Below are positions 31,772 to 42,078 of a stretch of DNA of 64,000 nt, piece by piece. A program made the translations under genes and the position numbers. The stretch covers positions 192,001-256,000 of the forward strand of contig JAQBYT010000001.1 of NCBI GenBank assembly GCA_027622665.1, written 5' to 3'. The notes beneath the pieces were generated by a model. The model did no database searches, was not told where the DNA came from, and saw only the letters and a list, made by a program, of their open reading frames with translations. Source of the DNA: Verrucomicrobiota bacterium. GTDB taxonomy: Bacteria; Verrucomicrobiota; Verrucomicrobiia; Opitutales; Seribacteraceae. Numbering within the stretch: the first letter of the stretch is position 1; every line of letters begins with the position of its first letter.

Positions 31772-34700
31772 TTAATTATTTAGAATGGGCTTAAGGTATG
31801 GAGCGGTCGGGCTTCCTTTAACCTTAACGATTTCTTCGGGTTTTCCAGAAAACAATATTTTGCCTCCATCATCTCCCCCCTTGGGACCAACTTCAACTAG
31901 GTAATCGGCATTAGCGAGCAAATCCAAGTTGTGTTCTATTACTATTACCGTATGCCCATCGTCCACAAGTCGGTTAAGCAAATGCATTAATTTAACACAA
32001 TCTGAAGAATGCAAACCGATGCTAGGCTCTTCTAAGATGTAGAGGTTTCCTGCATGCAGAGTATTTTGATTGAGATTTTTTCGAGTGAGAATTCCTTTAG
32101 ACATTTCACTTACAAGTTTGACGCGCTGCGCTTCACCCCCGGAAAGGGTTGGTGAACTCTGCCCCAATGACAAGTATCCCAATCCTGTTTCTACCATTAG
32201 GCTCATCATTGCCTTAAGCTTAATGTCAAAAGAGAAAAAATCCAAAGCTTCAACAAAAGAAAACTGAAGGATTTCCGCTATGTTTTTACCCTTCCAACGC
32301 AAATCAAACATATCGGGCGAATATCGGAGGCCTCTACAGTCTTCACAGAGAATATATGCATCCGGCAAAAAATTCATCTCGAGTTTTATCCTTCCTGCAC
32401 CTTTACAGGTTTCGCAACGCCCCCCCTTAACGTTAAAGGAAAAAGCTTTTGGCCCGAGACCCCTAACCTTTGCCTCGGGAAGGGAGGACAACAGCAAGCG
32501 GATACGATCCCAAGCCCCGATGTATGTTGCCGGTGAAGAACGAGGGGTCTTGCCAATTGGGCTTTGGTCAACTTCTATTACCTTAGCAAATCTATTTCCA
32601 TTGAGAAACTTACGGAAGGGTACTTTACCAAAAGACCCCTGAGGGAAAATTCCTTCTTCGATCAACATTCGACCCGTTAAAACAGGTTCTCGATTTTTGA
32701 CAGCCTGAACAACTGCTGGCCTAATCAAACCGCGAGCAAGAGACGATTTGCCCGCTCCCGAAACTCCGCATAAGGCAATAAGTCGATTAACGGGAAGCCA
32801 AACATCTACATTTTTAATATTTCGAATATTTGCCCCTAAAACCCCGAACCAGTCTAGTGAAATTTTGCGTGAACTAGAATTTGGTTTATCTCGTGGCATT
32901 TCGCGAGATGGCCGATCCAGTGATTGCGATAAGCCTTCCTTGAGAAATTTTGCTGTAAAAGATTTCTTTGAATTCAAAACTTCTTCAGGTTTTCCACTTG
33001 CGAGTAACCAGCCCCCGGATTCTCCAGCCCCAGGTCCTAGATCTATAATATGTTCGGCTCTACGCATTGTCTCTTCATCATGTTCGACAACAAGAAGAGT
33101 ATTACCTTTGGCCTTAAGAATTTCCAAAGAGTCAAGGAGACGATTATTATCCTTGGCGTGAAGCCCAATTGAAGGTTCATCCAGAACATAGAGAACCCCG
33201 GAGAGGTTTGAACCGAGTTGAGATGCAAGTCTAATACGCTGAGCTTCACCACCCGATAGAGTTGTTGCCGCTCGATCTAAGCTCAGGTAACCAAGTCCTA
33301 CTGAATCCATAAATGTAAGGCGTTCGCGAATCTCAGGTATAATCATTTCCGCGACCGCCTTACTTCTCTCATCTAGTTGAAGCCTATTCAGGATTCTTAA
33401 AAGTTTAGGTGGAGTAAGACGAAGTAGGTCAGGTAGATTTATAGGCAAAGAATCAGCAAGAGGAATGAAAACGGATCGAGAAAGTTCAGCTATTCGGTCG
33501 CCGTTACAGGAGACACAAACATCTCCATCGTAAAGTTTTCCAAAACCGGAAACGACAGAAAGCTCACTCCCTAATCGATCATCGATTCGTCCATAACCAC
33601 GACAAACCGGACACCATCCGCGTGGGGAGTTCCAGGAAAATAACTTAGGTTCGAGTGGAGGAAATGCTTCACCGGTGTTCAGGTCTACGCGAGCAGTGGA
33701 AAGCCAAACAACCTGACTTAAATTGCTGCAAAAAAGATATGTACTTCCCTTACCGACCGAAAGGGCTTCCTCTAAAGAACTTCTAAGAAAATTAGTGTCG
33801 CTTACAGTAATTTGCCTCACGACTAAGTCAACATCATGCTCAGTATAACGACTAAGCCCTTCAAATCCTTCAGTTGAAACCATTGCCCCATTGCAACGGA
33901 GAAATTCGTAACCTTTTGATGCGGCCCATGTAGCCAAGGGCCTGTGGTGACCCTTGCGACCACGAACAAGAGGTGAGCAAAGATAAAGATGATTTTTATA
34001 TTTATTCTTTTTTAAATTTCTTCGAGTCAAGGAAGCCAGGCGTTTCAATAGAACTTCAAGAGAGGAACTCTCGACAGGCGCTCCAGTTGAGGGACTATGC
34101 TGAATGCCGATTCTGGCGAAAAGCAGTCTGAGGTAATGAGCAACTTCCGTAATGGTTCCCACTGTCGATTTTCCGGTTCCTCTAGTAACGCGTTGTTCGA
34201 TTGCTACCGTAGGAGGAAGGCTGGAAACTGCATCTACAGCAGGACGCGGTAATTGCTCCACAAATTGTCGCGCATAGGAAGACATTGATTCGAGAAATCG
34301 CCGTTGCCCTTCTGCAAATACAATATCGAAAGCCAAGGAAGATTTACCCGACCCCGAAGGTCCGGTTACGACCGTAAACGCATTTAGGGGAATGTTTAGT
34401 GAAAGATTCTTTAAGTTGTTTTCCCTAGCCCCATCGATCCTGACGGAATCCAATGAGACATTAGACTGATATCGTGATTGGTCTTCGGCAAAACAATACA
34501 TTGGGTGTGTTTTTGAAATGGAATTTCCATTAAAGTAATCGGCCAAAACGGCACCTGTCGAAGTACTCAGTTTCGCGACTTTCCTTGGTGCACCTTGGGC
34601 GATAACCTTACCTCCATCACCGCCTGCTCCCGGTCCAAGTTCAATGACTTGATCTGCATTTGCGATGACGTCCAACTGATGCTCTATCACTATCAAACTA

Positions 34701-37324
34701 TGACCGTTTCCAGTGAGTCTTTTGATGACCTTCAGGAGACACGCCACATCATCTCGATGAAGCCCGGTGGTAGGCTCATCAACCAAAAGGAGGGAGGGTT
34801 TGTCTCCAATTCCTATTTTAGTAATGTACTTGGCCAATTTCAGGCGTTGAGATTCTCCTCCCGAAAGCGTGGAGAGAGGTTGACCAAGCGACAAGTAACC
34901 AAGACCAACTTCTGCAACCGTATTAAGATTTCGAGCAGCACGGGGAATTCGAGAAAATTGCTCGATTGCCTCTGTAACCGAAAGGCTCAAAACCTCAGTC
35001 ACATCAAGACCATCTAACCGAATCGACAGAATTTCATCTTTAAAGCGCCGCCCATCACAAGCAGTACAAGGAGTAAAAACATCTGCGAGAAATTGCATTT
35101 CAATTCGTTCATAACCAAGGCCTTCGCATTCCTCGCATCGACCTTCTTTTGAATTGAAGGAAAAGTGGGAGGCGGAAAGACCCGCCCGACGGGCGTCGTC
35201 AGTACGAGCAAAGGCGGAGCGAATGGGATTCCACGCATCCGCGAAAAGAGCAGGGTTCGATCGAGGTGTCTTGCCGATGGGCGTTTGATCGATCGTTACT
35301 ATTTCGGCAAAATCGACATCGGCACAGATATGGGCGATTATGGGCGGATTCTCCATAGGGCTACCCAAAGGAGCAAGCAGACCTTCCCTAATAATGTTAT
35401 GAAGGAGAGTTGACTTTCCCGAACCCGACACGCCCGCAAGAACAACAAAGCAACCTATTGGAATGTCTAAATCTAGTTTGCAAATGTTATTACTAGATGC
35501 GCCTCGGATTCGGAGAAATGGTTGTTGCTTTAGAATTTTCTTGTTACGAACGGATTGCAGGAGATCAATAGATTTTCGCCCCGAAAGGTAAGCCCCTGTG
35601 ATGGATTTCTTGTCATCCACCAGTTTTGCCACAGAACCGCAGAAAGTAATTCGCCCGCCTTTGGCTCCCGGAGAAGGCCCGATTTCAATGATTTGATCAG
35701 CAGCTCGAATTATTCGCTCGTCATGTTCGACAACGCAGACCGCATTCCCTTGGTCGGCAAGCTCTCTAAGAATTCCTATTAATCGGTCAACATCCTTTGC
35801 ATGCAAACCGATTGATGGTTCATCTAGAGCAAAGAGGGTCTCCGTGAGGGAAGCGCCAAGACAGGCTGTTAAGTTGACTCGTTGCATTTCACCTCCGCTC
35901 AAGGTCTTGGACGCACGGTCTAAAGATAAATAATGAAGACCGACCTGTTCAAGATATCCAAGGCGGGCGCGAATTCCTTCGAGAGCAAGGTCGGCACGAT
36001 GGTTTCCGCCGGACTTGGCGTACCGCTGGAGGTCTGCGTCAAGTTTCGCAATAGACATGGCGTAAAGGTCGGGTAGCGTTTTGCCCCGCCAGCGCCAGAG
36101 AAGAGATTCCGCACTGAGGCGAGTACCTTCGCAGTCCGGACAAGAAACATAACTCCTGTACTTTGACAGAAAAACGCGCACATGCATCTTGTAGGTTTTT
36201 GACTCGAGCCAACGGAAAAATCTCCGGAGGCCATACCACATCCGAGCATCTTCAACATAGTCATTCTCGCCATCGAGGATGAAAGCTTTCTCGCTCTTCG
36301 AAAGGAAGGACCAAGGCGTTTCGAGAGGGACACCGCATTTGCGAGCAACCCGAATAAGATCTTGCTGTGACCGACCGTAAACCTCGCCTCGAAATGCACG
36401 AATGGCACCCTCAACTATAGACAGTGAATGGTCCGGAATAACTCGGCGATAATCGATTTCGATGATTCGGCCAAACCCTTTGCATCGATGACAGGCGCCC
36501 AACGGAGAATTAAATGAAAAAACCGAAGGAGAAGGCGGTGCAAAAGAAGCCCCATTAACCGGGGACCTAAGACCTTCAAATCGAGAACACAAAGGTTTTC
36601 CTTTGTCGTTAAAGAGAACGAATTCACCGTTACCCAGTTTCAAGGCGGTGGATACGGCATCTGCAATCCGTTTGCGGTTGTCAGGAAGAATCGTAATTTT
36701 CTCTAACCCTACAAGTAACTCGCCTGCCGACCAGTTCGCATTCAACAACTCCTCAATACGGCAGAAGGAATTCTCTTCGGATGCTCGAACATGGCCTGCC
36801 TTAATCAGACTACCTAGAAATTCTTTTACAGGAAAATCGTCGGGGCGAAGGGAACGGAAGCCAAATACTAAACTTTTTCCAGCAAACTCTTTTAAGACCC
36901 CTTGGGCCAAGGAAGTGGAAGTTTCTTCTCGTAAGAGTTTGCCTGAAGAAGGATCAAGGAGTTTAGCAACAGTTGAAAACCATACCTTAAAGTAGTCACA
37001 CAATTCGGTCATCGTTCCTACTGTGGAGCGAGAGTTTCGAACGGAATTGCGCTGTTCAACGACAATGGATGGGCGAATGTTTTCTACTGCGTCTACCTTC
37101 GGTCGTGGCATCGTTTCCAGAAATTGACGCACATAAGGATTAAAGGTCTCGACATAGCGACGTTGACCTTCCGCATGCAAAACCTCGAACAGTAAGGAGG
37201 ATTTACCAGCTCCACTGAGCCCAGTGATTACGGTTAACTGGCCAGGCATCAACTCGAGATTAACGCCTTTTAAATTGTTTTGGCGTGCCCCACGGACACG
37301 AATTGGCTTAGTATGTCGCTTCAC
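31772..37324 (-). CDS. uvrA: Excinuclease ABC subunit A, double-length (two fused UvrA modules)
   Basis: Four Walker A motifs (GLSGAGKS, GVSGSGKS, GPSGSGKS, GVSGAGKS), four LSGGE signatures, two EGQRR motifs; 1850 aa. Confidence 0.95.
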   Translation of the reverse strand: MKRHTKPIRVRGARQNNLKGVNLELMPGQLTVITGLSGAGKSSLLFEVLHAEGQRRYVETFNPYVRQFLETMPRPKVDAVENIRPSIVVEQRNSVRNSRSTVGTMTELCDYFKVWFSTVAKLLDPSSGKLLREETSTSLAQGVLKEFAGKSLVFGFRSLRPDDFPVKEFLGSLIKAGHVRASEENSFCRIEELLNANWSAGELLVGLEKITILPDNRKRIADAVSTALKLGNGEFVLFNDKGKPLCSRFEGLRSPVNGASFAPPSPSVFSFNSPLGACHRCKGFGRIIEIDYRRVIPDHSLSIVEGAIRAFRGEVYGRSQQDLIRVARKCGVPLETPWSFLSKSEKAFILDGENDYVEDARMWYGLRRFFRWLESKTYKMHVRVFLSKYRSYVSCPDCEGTRLSAESLLWRWRGKTLPDLYAMSIAKLDADLQRYAKSGGNHRADLALEGIRARLGYLEQVGLHYLSLDRASKTLSGGEMQRVNLTACLGASLTETLFALDEPSIGLHAKDVDRLIGILRELADQGNAVCVVEHDERIIRAADQIIEIGPSPGAKGGRITFCGSVAKLVDDKKSITGAYLSGRKSIDLLQSVRNKKILKQQPFLRIRGASSNNICKLDLDIPIGCFVVLAGVSGSGKSTLLHNIIREGLLAPLGSPMENPPIIAHICADVDFAEIVTIDQTPIGKTPRSNPALFADAWNPIRSAFARTDDARRAGLSASHFSFNSKEGRCEECEGLGYERIEMQFLADVFTPCTACDGRRFKDEILSIRLDGLDVTEVLSLSVTEAIEQFSRIPRAARNLNTVAEVGLGYLSLGQPLSTLSGGESQRLKLAKYITKIGIGDKPSLLLVDEPTTGLHRDDVACLLKVIKRLTGNGHSLIVIEHQLDVIANADQVIELGPGAGGDGGKVIAQGAPRKVAKLSTSTGAVLADYFNGNSISKTHPMYCFAEDQSRYQSNVSLDSVRIDGARENNLKNLSLNIPLNAFTVVTGPSGSGKSSLAFDIVFAEGQRRFLESMSSYARQFVEQLPRPAVDAVSSLPPTVAIEQRVTRGTGKSTVGTITEVAHYLRLLFARIGIQHSPSTGAPVESSSLEVLLKRLASLTRRNLKKNKYKNHLYLCSPLVRGRKGHHRPLATWAASKGYEFLRCNGAMVSTEGFEGLSRYTEHDVDLVVRQITVSDTNFLRSSLEEALSVGKGSTYLFCSNLSQVVWLSTARVDLNTGEAFPPLEPKLFSWNSPRGWCPVCRGYGRIDDRLGSELSVVSGFGKLYDGDVCVSCNGDRIAELSRSVFIPLADSLPINLPDLLRLTPPKLLRILNRLQLDERSKAVAEMIIPEIRERLTFMDSVGLGYLSLDRAATTLSGGEAQRIRLASQLGSNLSGVLYVLDEPSIGLHAKDNNRLLDSLEILKAKGNTLLVVEHDEETMRRAEHIIDLGPGAGESGGWLLASGKPEEVLNSKKSFTAKFLKEGLSQSLDRPSREMPRDKPNSSSRKISLDWFGVLGANIRNIKNVDVWLPVNRLIALCGVSGAGKSSLARGLIRPAVVQAVKNREPVLTGRMLIEEGIFPQGSFGKVPFRKFLNGNRFAKVIEVDQSPIGKTPRSSPATYIGAWDRIRLLLSSLPEAKVRGLGPKAFSFNVKGGRCETCKGAGRIKLEMNFLPDAYILCEDCRGLRYSPDMFDLRWKGKNIAEILQFSFVEALDFFSFDIKLKAMMSLMVETGLGYLSLGQSSPTLSGGEAQRVKLVSEMSKGILTRKNLNQNTLHAGNLYILEEPSIGLHSSDCVKLMHLLNRLVDDGHTVIVIEHNLDLLANADYLVEVGPKGGDDGGKILFSGKPEEIVKVKGSPTAPYLKPILNN

Positions 37325-37406
37325 AAAGAAAATGCTCCCAAGCTACCTTTAATTAACGGTAAGCCAAACCGTGCCAAGAGGTAATCCGGATGAAACTTGG
37401 AGAGAA

Positions 37407-37483
<77 letters not shown>

Positions 37484-38004
37484 TAAGTCTAAGAGGAGGG
37501 CATACTGGGGATTTCATTTGCTACGGCAAGACGAAACATTTTTGTCAGACTAAAAATGATCCGATTGACAGTCAAATTGCAGGGTGGATTCAAATTCGAA
37601 TCACAAGAGAGTAATGTGACGATGGATTAGGTGATTGCGTGCTCCCCCTTGCCAACGCAAGAGGCTCTCTTGTGATGAAACTACAAGCACGACCACCTAA
37701 CTCGTAAAAAACGATTCAGTCTACAGTAGCTGGATCTCCGCGTCTCATGCTCAAAGTGCGATGGCATCTTGTTTAAGGTACAGCGAGAGCACACTCAACA
37801 GGAGGTTCGGCAAGAAAAACGATGGCGAGATTATACGTTTAAAACAGGCCTAGGAGATCGCAAATTAGCATCTTTTGGTGAGTCGTAAACGAATGAAGCC
37901 CTGTGATTCGGGAGCACGTTGTTCTGGGTGGAGAACCAGCGACTGAAGCCATGATCTGTTCGGTTGCGATTACCTAGTCATAAGGCTGGGAGAGGCACAA
38001 CTGG

Positions 38005-39249
38005 TCACTTGCCCCAGCACCATAAGTGTTCGTAGGTGCGAAGAAATACTTGTCCGTTGGAAAATGCGGCGGAACCTCGGGTCATTTCATTTACGGGATT
38101 TGTGGTCAGGACTTCAATGTCGGGATTGGCTGAAAGGATAAGGGTTTGGCCCGCTTGGTTGGTCACGTAGAGCTTTCCGCCAACATGGGTGACCGAACCC
38201 CAGTTGCCGCCTTTGCCCACGCGGGCTTGCTTCACGATTTTGCCTGTGGCGACGTCTATGCATTGGAGGATACCCGGCTCGGTCAGGATATAGTAATGGC
38301 CTTCGACCACTGCCCCCGTGCCGATTCGTTGCAGGTTTCGCTTCGTGGTAACCCAGAGTCGTTGAGACGTGATGTCACCAGAGGCGTCCTTGCCTGCCTT
38401 TACGGCGAGGGCAGGACCACCGTAACCCGAAGTAGCCAAGACGAAGTCGCCCGCACTTGCGGCGTTGCTGTAGACGAGGTCGCCGAGACCATCGCACCAC
38501 CAAAGAGGTTTTCCCGTCTTGGGATCGAAGGCGAATAGGCGCTCGGGAAGGCCCATGAGCAATTCGTCGCGACCATGATTATTCCGCAAGACGGGCGTAC
38601 TCCAACTACCGAACCAGTGCTTCTCGTCTTTGCCTTGAGATTTGGGCAGGTCACGTTTCCAGACGGTTTCTCCCGTGGCGGCATCGAGTGCCAGTATGAA
38701 TACCAAGGGACCAGGACCTCGGTACTGGATGAAGGTCTGGCCATAGGGCACGGGACTGGAGGCTGTGCCCCAGAGGTGACGTTGTTGGCCGAGATCCTTG
38801 CCTCGCCAGACTTCCTTTCCTTCGAGGTCGTAGGCGATCATGCCTGCCGACCCGAGGGTGACTACGACCACCTTGCCGTTCGTGGCGGGAGAAGCGGAAC
38901 AGAAAGGGTTCGTCTTGTGTGTGGGTTCTTTATCGGGGAATAAAGTTGCTCGCTCCCAGAGTTTGTCCCCCGTTTGGCGGTCGAAGCAGAGCAAGCTGCG
39001 TTTTGTCCCGCCTTCGGTGGCCTGCGTCACGAAGACCTTTCCCTTGGCCACGATTGGCGAGGAGTTGCCTGGTCCCGGCAGCTTTACCTGCCATGCTACA
39101 TTCTCTGTTCTCGACCAATGCTCGGGGATATTCTTCTCATTACTCAGGCCGTTGCCGTTGGCTCCACGCCAAGTTGGCCAGTCATCCGCTTGTAAAAAAG
39201 TGTTCGCGGCAATCAGTAACGGGAAAAGGAACTGGCTCGGTGTGTTCAC
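38005..39249 (-). CDS. PQQ-binding-like beta-propeller repeat protein (PVC-expanded BamB-like family)
   Basis: Signal peptide; DWPTWRGANGNG, NVAWQVKLPGPGNSSP, ALDAATGETVW, WSTP, FLRTYEHLWC. Confidence 0.88.
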   Translation of the reverse strand: MNTPSQFLFPLLIAANTFLQADDWPTWRGANGNGLSNEKNIPEHWSRTENVAWQVKLPGPGNSSPIVAKGKVFVTQATEGGTKRSLLCFDRQTGDKLWERATLFPDKEPTHKTNPFCSASPATNGKVVVVTLGSAGMIAYDLEGKEVWRGKDLGQQRHLWGTASSPVPYGQTFIQYRGPGPLVFILALDAATGETVWKRDLPKSQGKDEKHWFGSWSTPVLRNNHGRDELLMGLPERLFAFDPKTGKPLWWCDGLGDLVYSNAASAGDFVLATSGYGGPALAVKAGKDASGDITSQRLWVTTKRNLQRIGTGAVVEGHYYILTEPGILQCIDVATGKIVKQARVGKGGNWGSVTHVGGKLYVTNQAGQTLILSANPDIEVLTTNPVNEMTRGSAAFSNGQVFLRTYEHLWCWGK

Positions 39250-39267
39250 GGTACCGTGCAGGCAAGA

Positions 39268-39855
39268 TTACTTGAGGGTCAACTTTACCACTTTTCCCTC
39301 GACGGGAGGGTTGCAGGAAGTTTTCGTACAGGCCATGTAGGTGATCTTGGTCGTGACCTCTACCAGGGCGTTGGCATCCGGTTTCATGGTGAAGGGTAAG
39401 CTAAGTGTTACGGGTCCGTCGGGGTATACGGGAAAGCCTGCTGCGTTCAGCGGACTCGCCAAATTGTGAATTTTCTTGTCGGCCGTAAGTTTGCCAACAT
39501 CGGAGATCGCCGCGTGCTTAGACAATTCGAGAAGGGTAGGGCGACCGATTCCATCGATTCCATCGGCGGGCAAATCCTTGGAGTAGACGTGATAACCAAT
39601 TTCCAGAGGGGAAAAGGTTGCCCGAAGCCAATGTTTGCCGTTTTCCCCCTTCGCCAAGAAAAAAGTTACCTTCACACCGCTATCCTCAACTTCGCTGAGA
39701 ATCGTCCCCATCGAAACGGGAGCAAGGGCGGTGATCGATGCGGATGTGGAATTGTCTCCACTAGGATCCGATCCCGAAGGTTCGGAGTTGCCGCCACAAC
39801 CCTGAAAGGCAAATGCGTTGGCGAGAGTGAGAATAGCTAATGGAACAACTTTCAT
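39268..39855 (-). CDS. Lipoprotein with a DsbD N-terminal (Ig-like) domain
   Basis: Lipobox-like FQGC; GYHVYS...GIGRPT; YMACTKTSCNPP Cys pair. Confidence 0.7.
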   Translation of the reverse strand: MKVVPLAILTLANAFAFQGCGGNSEPSGSDPSGDNSTSASITALAPVSMGTILSEVEDSGVKVTFFLAKGENGKHWLRATFSPLEIGYHVYSKDLPADGIDGIGRPTLLELSKHAAISDVGKLTADKKIHNLASPLNAAGFPVYPDGPVTLSLPFTMKPDANALVEVTTKITYMACTKTSCNPPVEGKVVKLTLK

Positions 39856-39980
39856 GGCTTTACTTTCTCAAGAGAGGGCCAGCATCTCAACCTCTTTCTT
39901 CACTGTCCTGTAACGATAATACTTGTCGGAAGTATATTTTCCCGTTGCTCCACCTAGTTTCGTTGAATTTAATTCGGTCC

Positions 39981-41372
39981 ATGATCGAGCTTCGAGGAAG
40001 CCCTAGCCAGGCCTGTTGCGACGGCCTTACTCGCCGGGCTATGCTGCGTATCGGCGGATTGGCCCCGTTCGGGTTGAGCCTTCCCTCCCTGCTTGCGTCA
40101 AAGAAAACGGGGCAATCGTCGCGTACTTTCGGCAAGGCCAAGCGCTGCCTGCTTCTGTACATGTGGGGTGGACCCAGCCACATCGACCTCTTCGACATGA
40201 AGCCCGACGCCCCCTCCGAGTTGCGAGGTCCATTCAATCCCGTCCGCACCCAGACTCCCGGTATACGTATTTCCGAACTTATGCCTAAGCTCGGCGGCGT
40301 GACCGACAAAATCGGATTCATCCGCTCGGTGACGCATACCGAGAACAATCACTCCACTGGCGCCCATTGGATGCTGACCGGCTACAAGCATCCCGAATCG
40401 CGTGAAAATTTCGGGGCCAGGCCATCAGACTATCCTCATGTCGGTTCCATTCTCAGCAAGTTTTCTCCTACTACCAATGGGTTGCCCACTTTCGTGGCTC
40501 TTCCCGAAGTAATCGGCACCACCGCCGGATTCGTTACACCGGGGCAGAACGCAGGCTTTCTTGGCCGCCGTTACGATCCCTTTGTCCTTAATCAACACCC
40601 CGACGAACCTGATTTCCAAGTGCCCAACATGTCTCCCGTTGAAGGGCTTGATCGCACTCGCCTTCGTAATCGGGTAAAACTGACCGAGCAATTTGATGAC
40701 CTGCGCCGAACTCTGATTTCCACATTGGACGTATCCGACCTCAACGCCGTCAACCAGTTGGCATACGACCTTCTCACCTCCCCCAAGGTAGCCGATGCTT
40801 TCGATCTTGCTGACGAGGGCGAGGCTGAACGCGAACGATATGGCATGCGTACTTTTGGTCAAAGCGTTTTGCTTGCCCGCCGCCTTCTCGAGTCAGGGGT
40901 TAAGCTGGTTACCGTCTATTGGCACCGCGACAAACCAGGCGTCGATACCACCTGGGATACGCACAAGGAAAACTTCAAGGGCCTGAAGGACCGTCTAGTT
41001 CCACAAGTTGACCAGCCCATTGCCCATCTTCTCAATGATCTTGAAGAGCGCGGCATGCTAGAGGATACCCTAGTTGTTTGGAACAGCGAGTTCGGTCGGA
41101 CGCCCAAGGTAAATAAAAACGCGGGTCGCGACCATTGGGGGCGCTGCAACACTATATGGATGGCCGGGGCGGGAGTGCCCGGCGGCCAAATGTACGGAAA
41201 GTCGGACAAAATCGCTTCCGAACCCGTCGAGGACCCCGTGTCACCCTCTGACGTCACTGCCACTATCTACCACCTACTAGGACTAGACCCACACTCCCAT
41301 TTTCACGATTCCCTCGGTCGCCCCTTCCCACTTTCCGAAGGCCAAGTCCTTAAGAAGTTTTTAGGGGCATGA
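39981..41372 (+). CDS. DUF1501 family protein
   Basis: Tat-like LTRRAML; WGGPSHIDLFDMKPDAP, ARRLLESGV, WDTH, EFGRTP, GRDHW; start taken at MIELRG. Confidence 0.9.
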   Translation: MIELRGSPSQACCDGLTRRAMLRIGGLAPFGLSLPSLLASKKTGQSSRTFGKAKRCLLLYMWGGPSHIDLFDMKPDAPSELRGPFNPVRTQTPGIRISELMPKLGGVTDKIGFIRSVTHTENNHSTGAHWMLTGYKHPESRENFGARPSDYPHVGSILSKFSPTTNGLPTFVALPEVIGTTAGFVTPGQNAGFLGRRYDPFVLNQHPDEPDFQVPNMSPVEGLDRTRLRNRVKLTEQFDDLRRTLISTLDVSDLNAVNQLAYDLLTSPKVADAFDLADEGEAERERYGMRTFGQSVLLARRLLESGVKLVTVYWHRDKPGVDTTWDTHKENFKGLKDRLVPQVDQPIAHLLNDLEERGMLEDTLVVWNSEFGRTPKVNKNAGRDHWGRCNTIWMAGAGVPGGQMYGKSDKIASEPVEDPVSPSDVTATIYHLLGLDPHSHFHDSLGRPFPLSEGQVLKKFLGA

Positions 41373-41447
41373 CAGAATCGTTCTTCTCTTAGCGTCCACC
41401 TCTCAATCGAAAGATCGAAGAGAGGACTGATTCATGTCTACCGAAAA

Positions 41448-41871
41448 TCATTTCAGCTTGGTGAACCGGGATTTAGCCCAATCGTCGATTTTTAAACCCA
41501 GGTACGCAAAGGTCATTTGGTGAAGAGGTTCATCTCGTTCTTGTTGAAGGGCTATTTGAATGAAAACATCTTGCAGGCGTCTTTGAATCTGAAGTTTTCG
41601 ATCCAGTACCGCTAGTTTGGCTTCCATTTCACTAAGTGTAACGGACTCGGACTGGACTTTTTTCATCGCGGTAGCGAACCCATGTTTTTGAACCTCCAGT
41701 TGATGGTACTTGTTGCTTCAGATCCTCTATCACAGCTTTGACCCCAAGTTGCAGAATCCTTTCGACATCTTGTATTTTCCGTGCGTTCTCGATCATCTTT
41801 GGATGATTCGAAAGGTGATTTTGCTCATAAAGCTTATGTGTTTGTTCCAGATCGAAAAGTCTGGGGAAATA
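41448..41871 (-). pseudogene. Frameshifted fragment resembling the coiled-coil region of a Wzc/GumC polysaccharide co-polymerase
   Basis: LFDLEQTHKLYEQNHLSNHPKMIENARKIQDVERIL...DLK joins via a single-base shift near 41715 to NKYHQLEVQK...LAVLDRKLQIQRRL; no start codon; upstream in-frame stop. Confidence 0.5.
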
Positions 41872-41943
41872 CTACGATGTGTGACGAAGACCATACAAAG
41901 TCACCCTCAAGCATGTAATATTATTAGCATAATTCCGGCACCC

Positions 41944-41960
41944 CCCCCTTTCGAAGGGGG
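41944..41960. terminator. GC-rich hairpin, possible terminator downstream of the paralogue pair
   Basis: CCCCCTT-TCG-AAGGGGG perfect 7-bp stem; no clear U-tract. Confidence 0.35.
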
Positions 41961-42078
41961 AAACCATGTAGCGACTCTGGCCGCGGCCTAAGAGAGCTTC
42001 TATTCACTCTCCTTTGCCAAGAAAACGAAAATCGAATCGGTGCCGGTCCGAATTCTTAGCTCGCTAACTGTCGTTATC

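Noticed and set aside
37600..37684. Fluoride riboswitch (3' end GTGATGAAACTAC looks similar)
   Set aside because: The 5' GGnGATGG...TCnCC stem and pseudoknot pairing are missing, and there is no downstream plus-strand gene.
37761..37853. 30-codon ORF MASCLRYSESTLNRRFGKK..., reminiscent of an AraC helix-turn-helix
   Set aside because: Too short; the similarity rests on a few residues and cannot be supported without a search.
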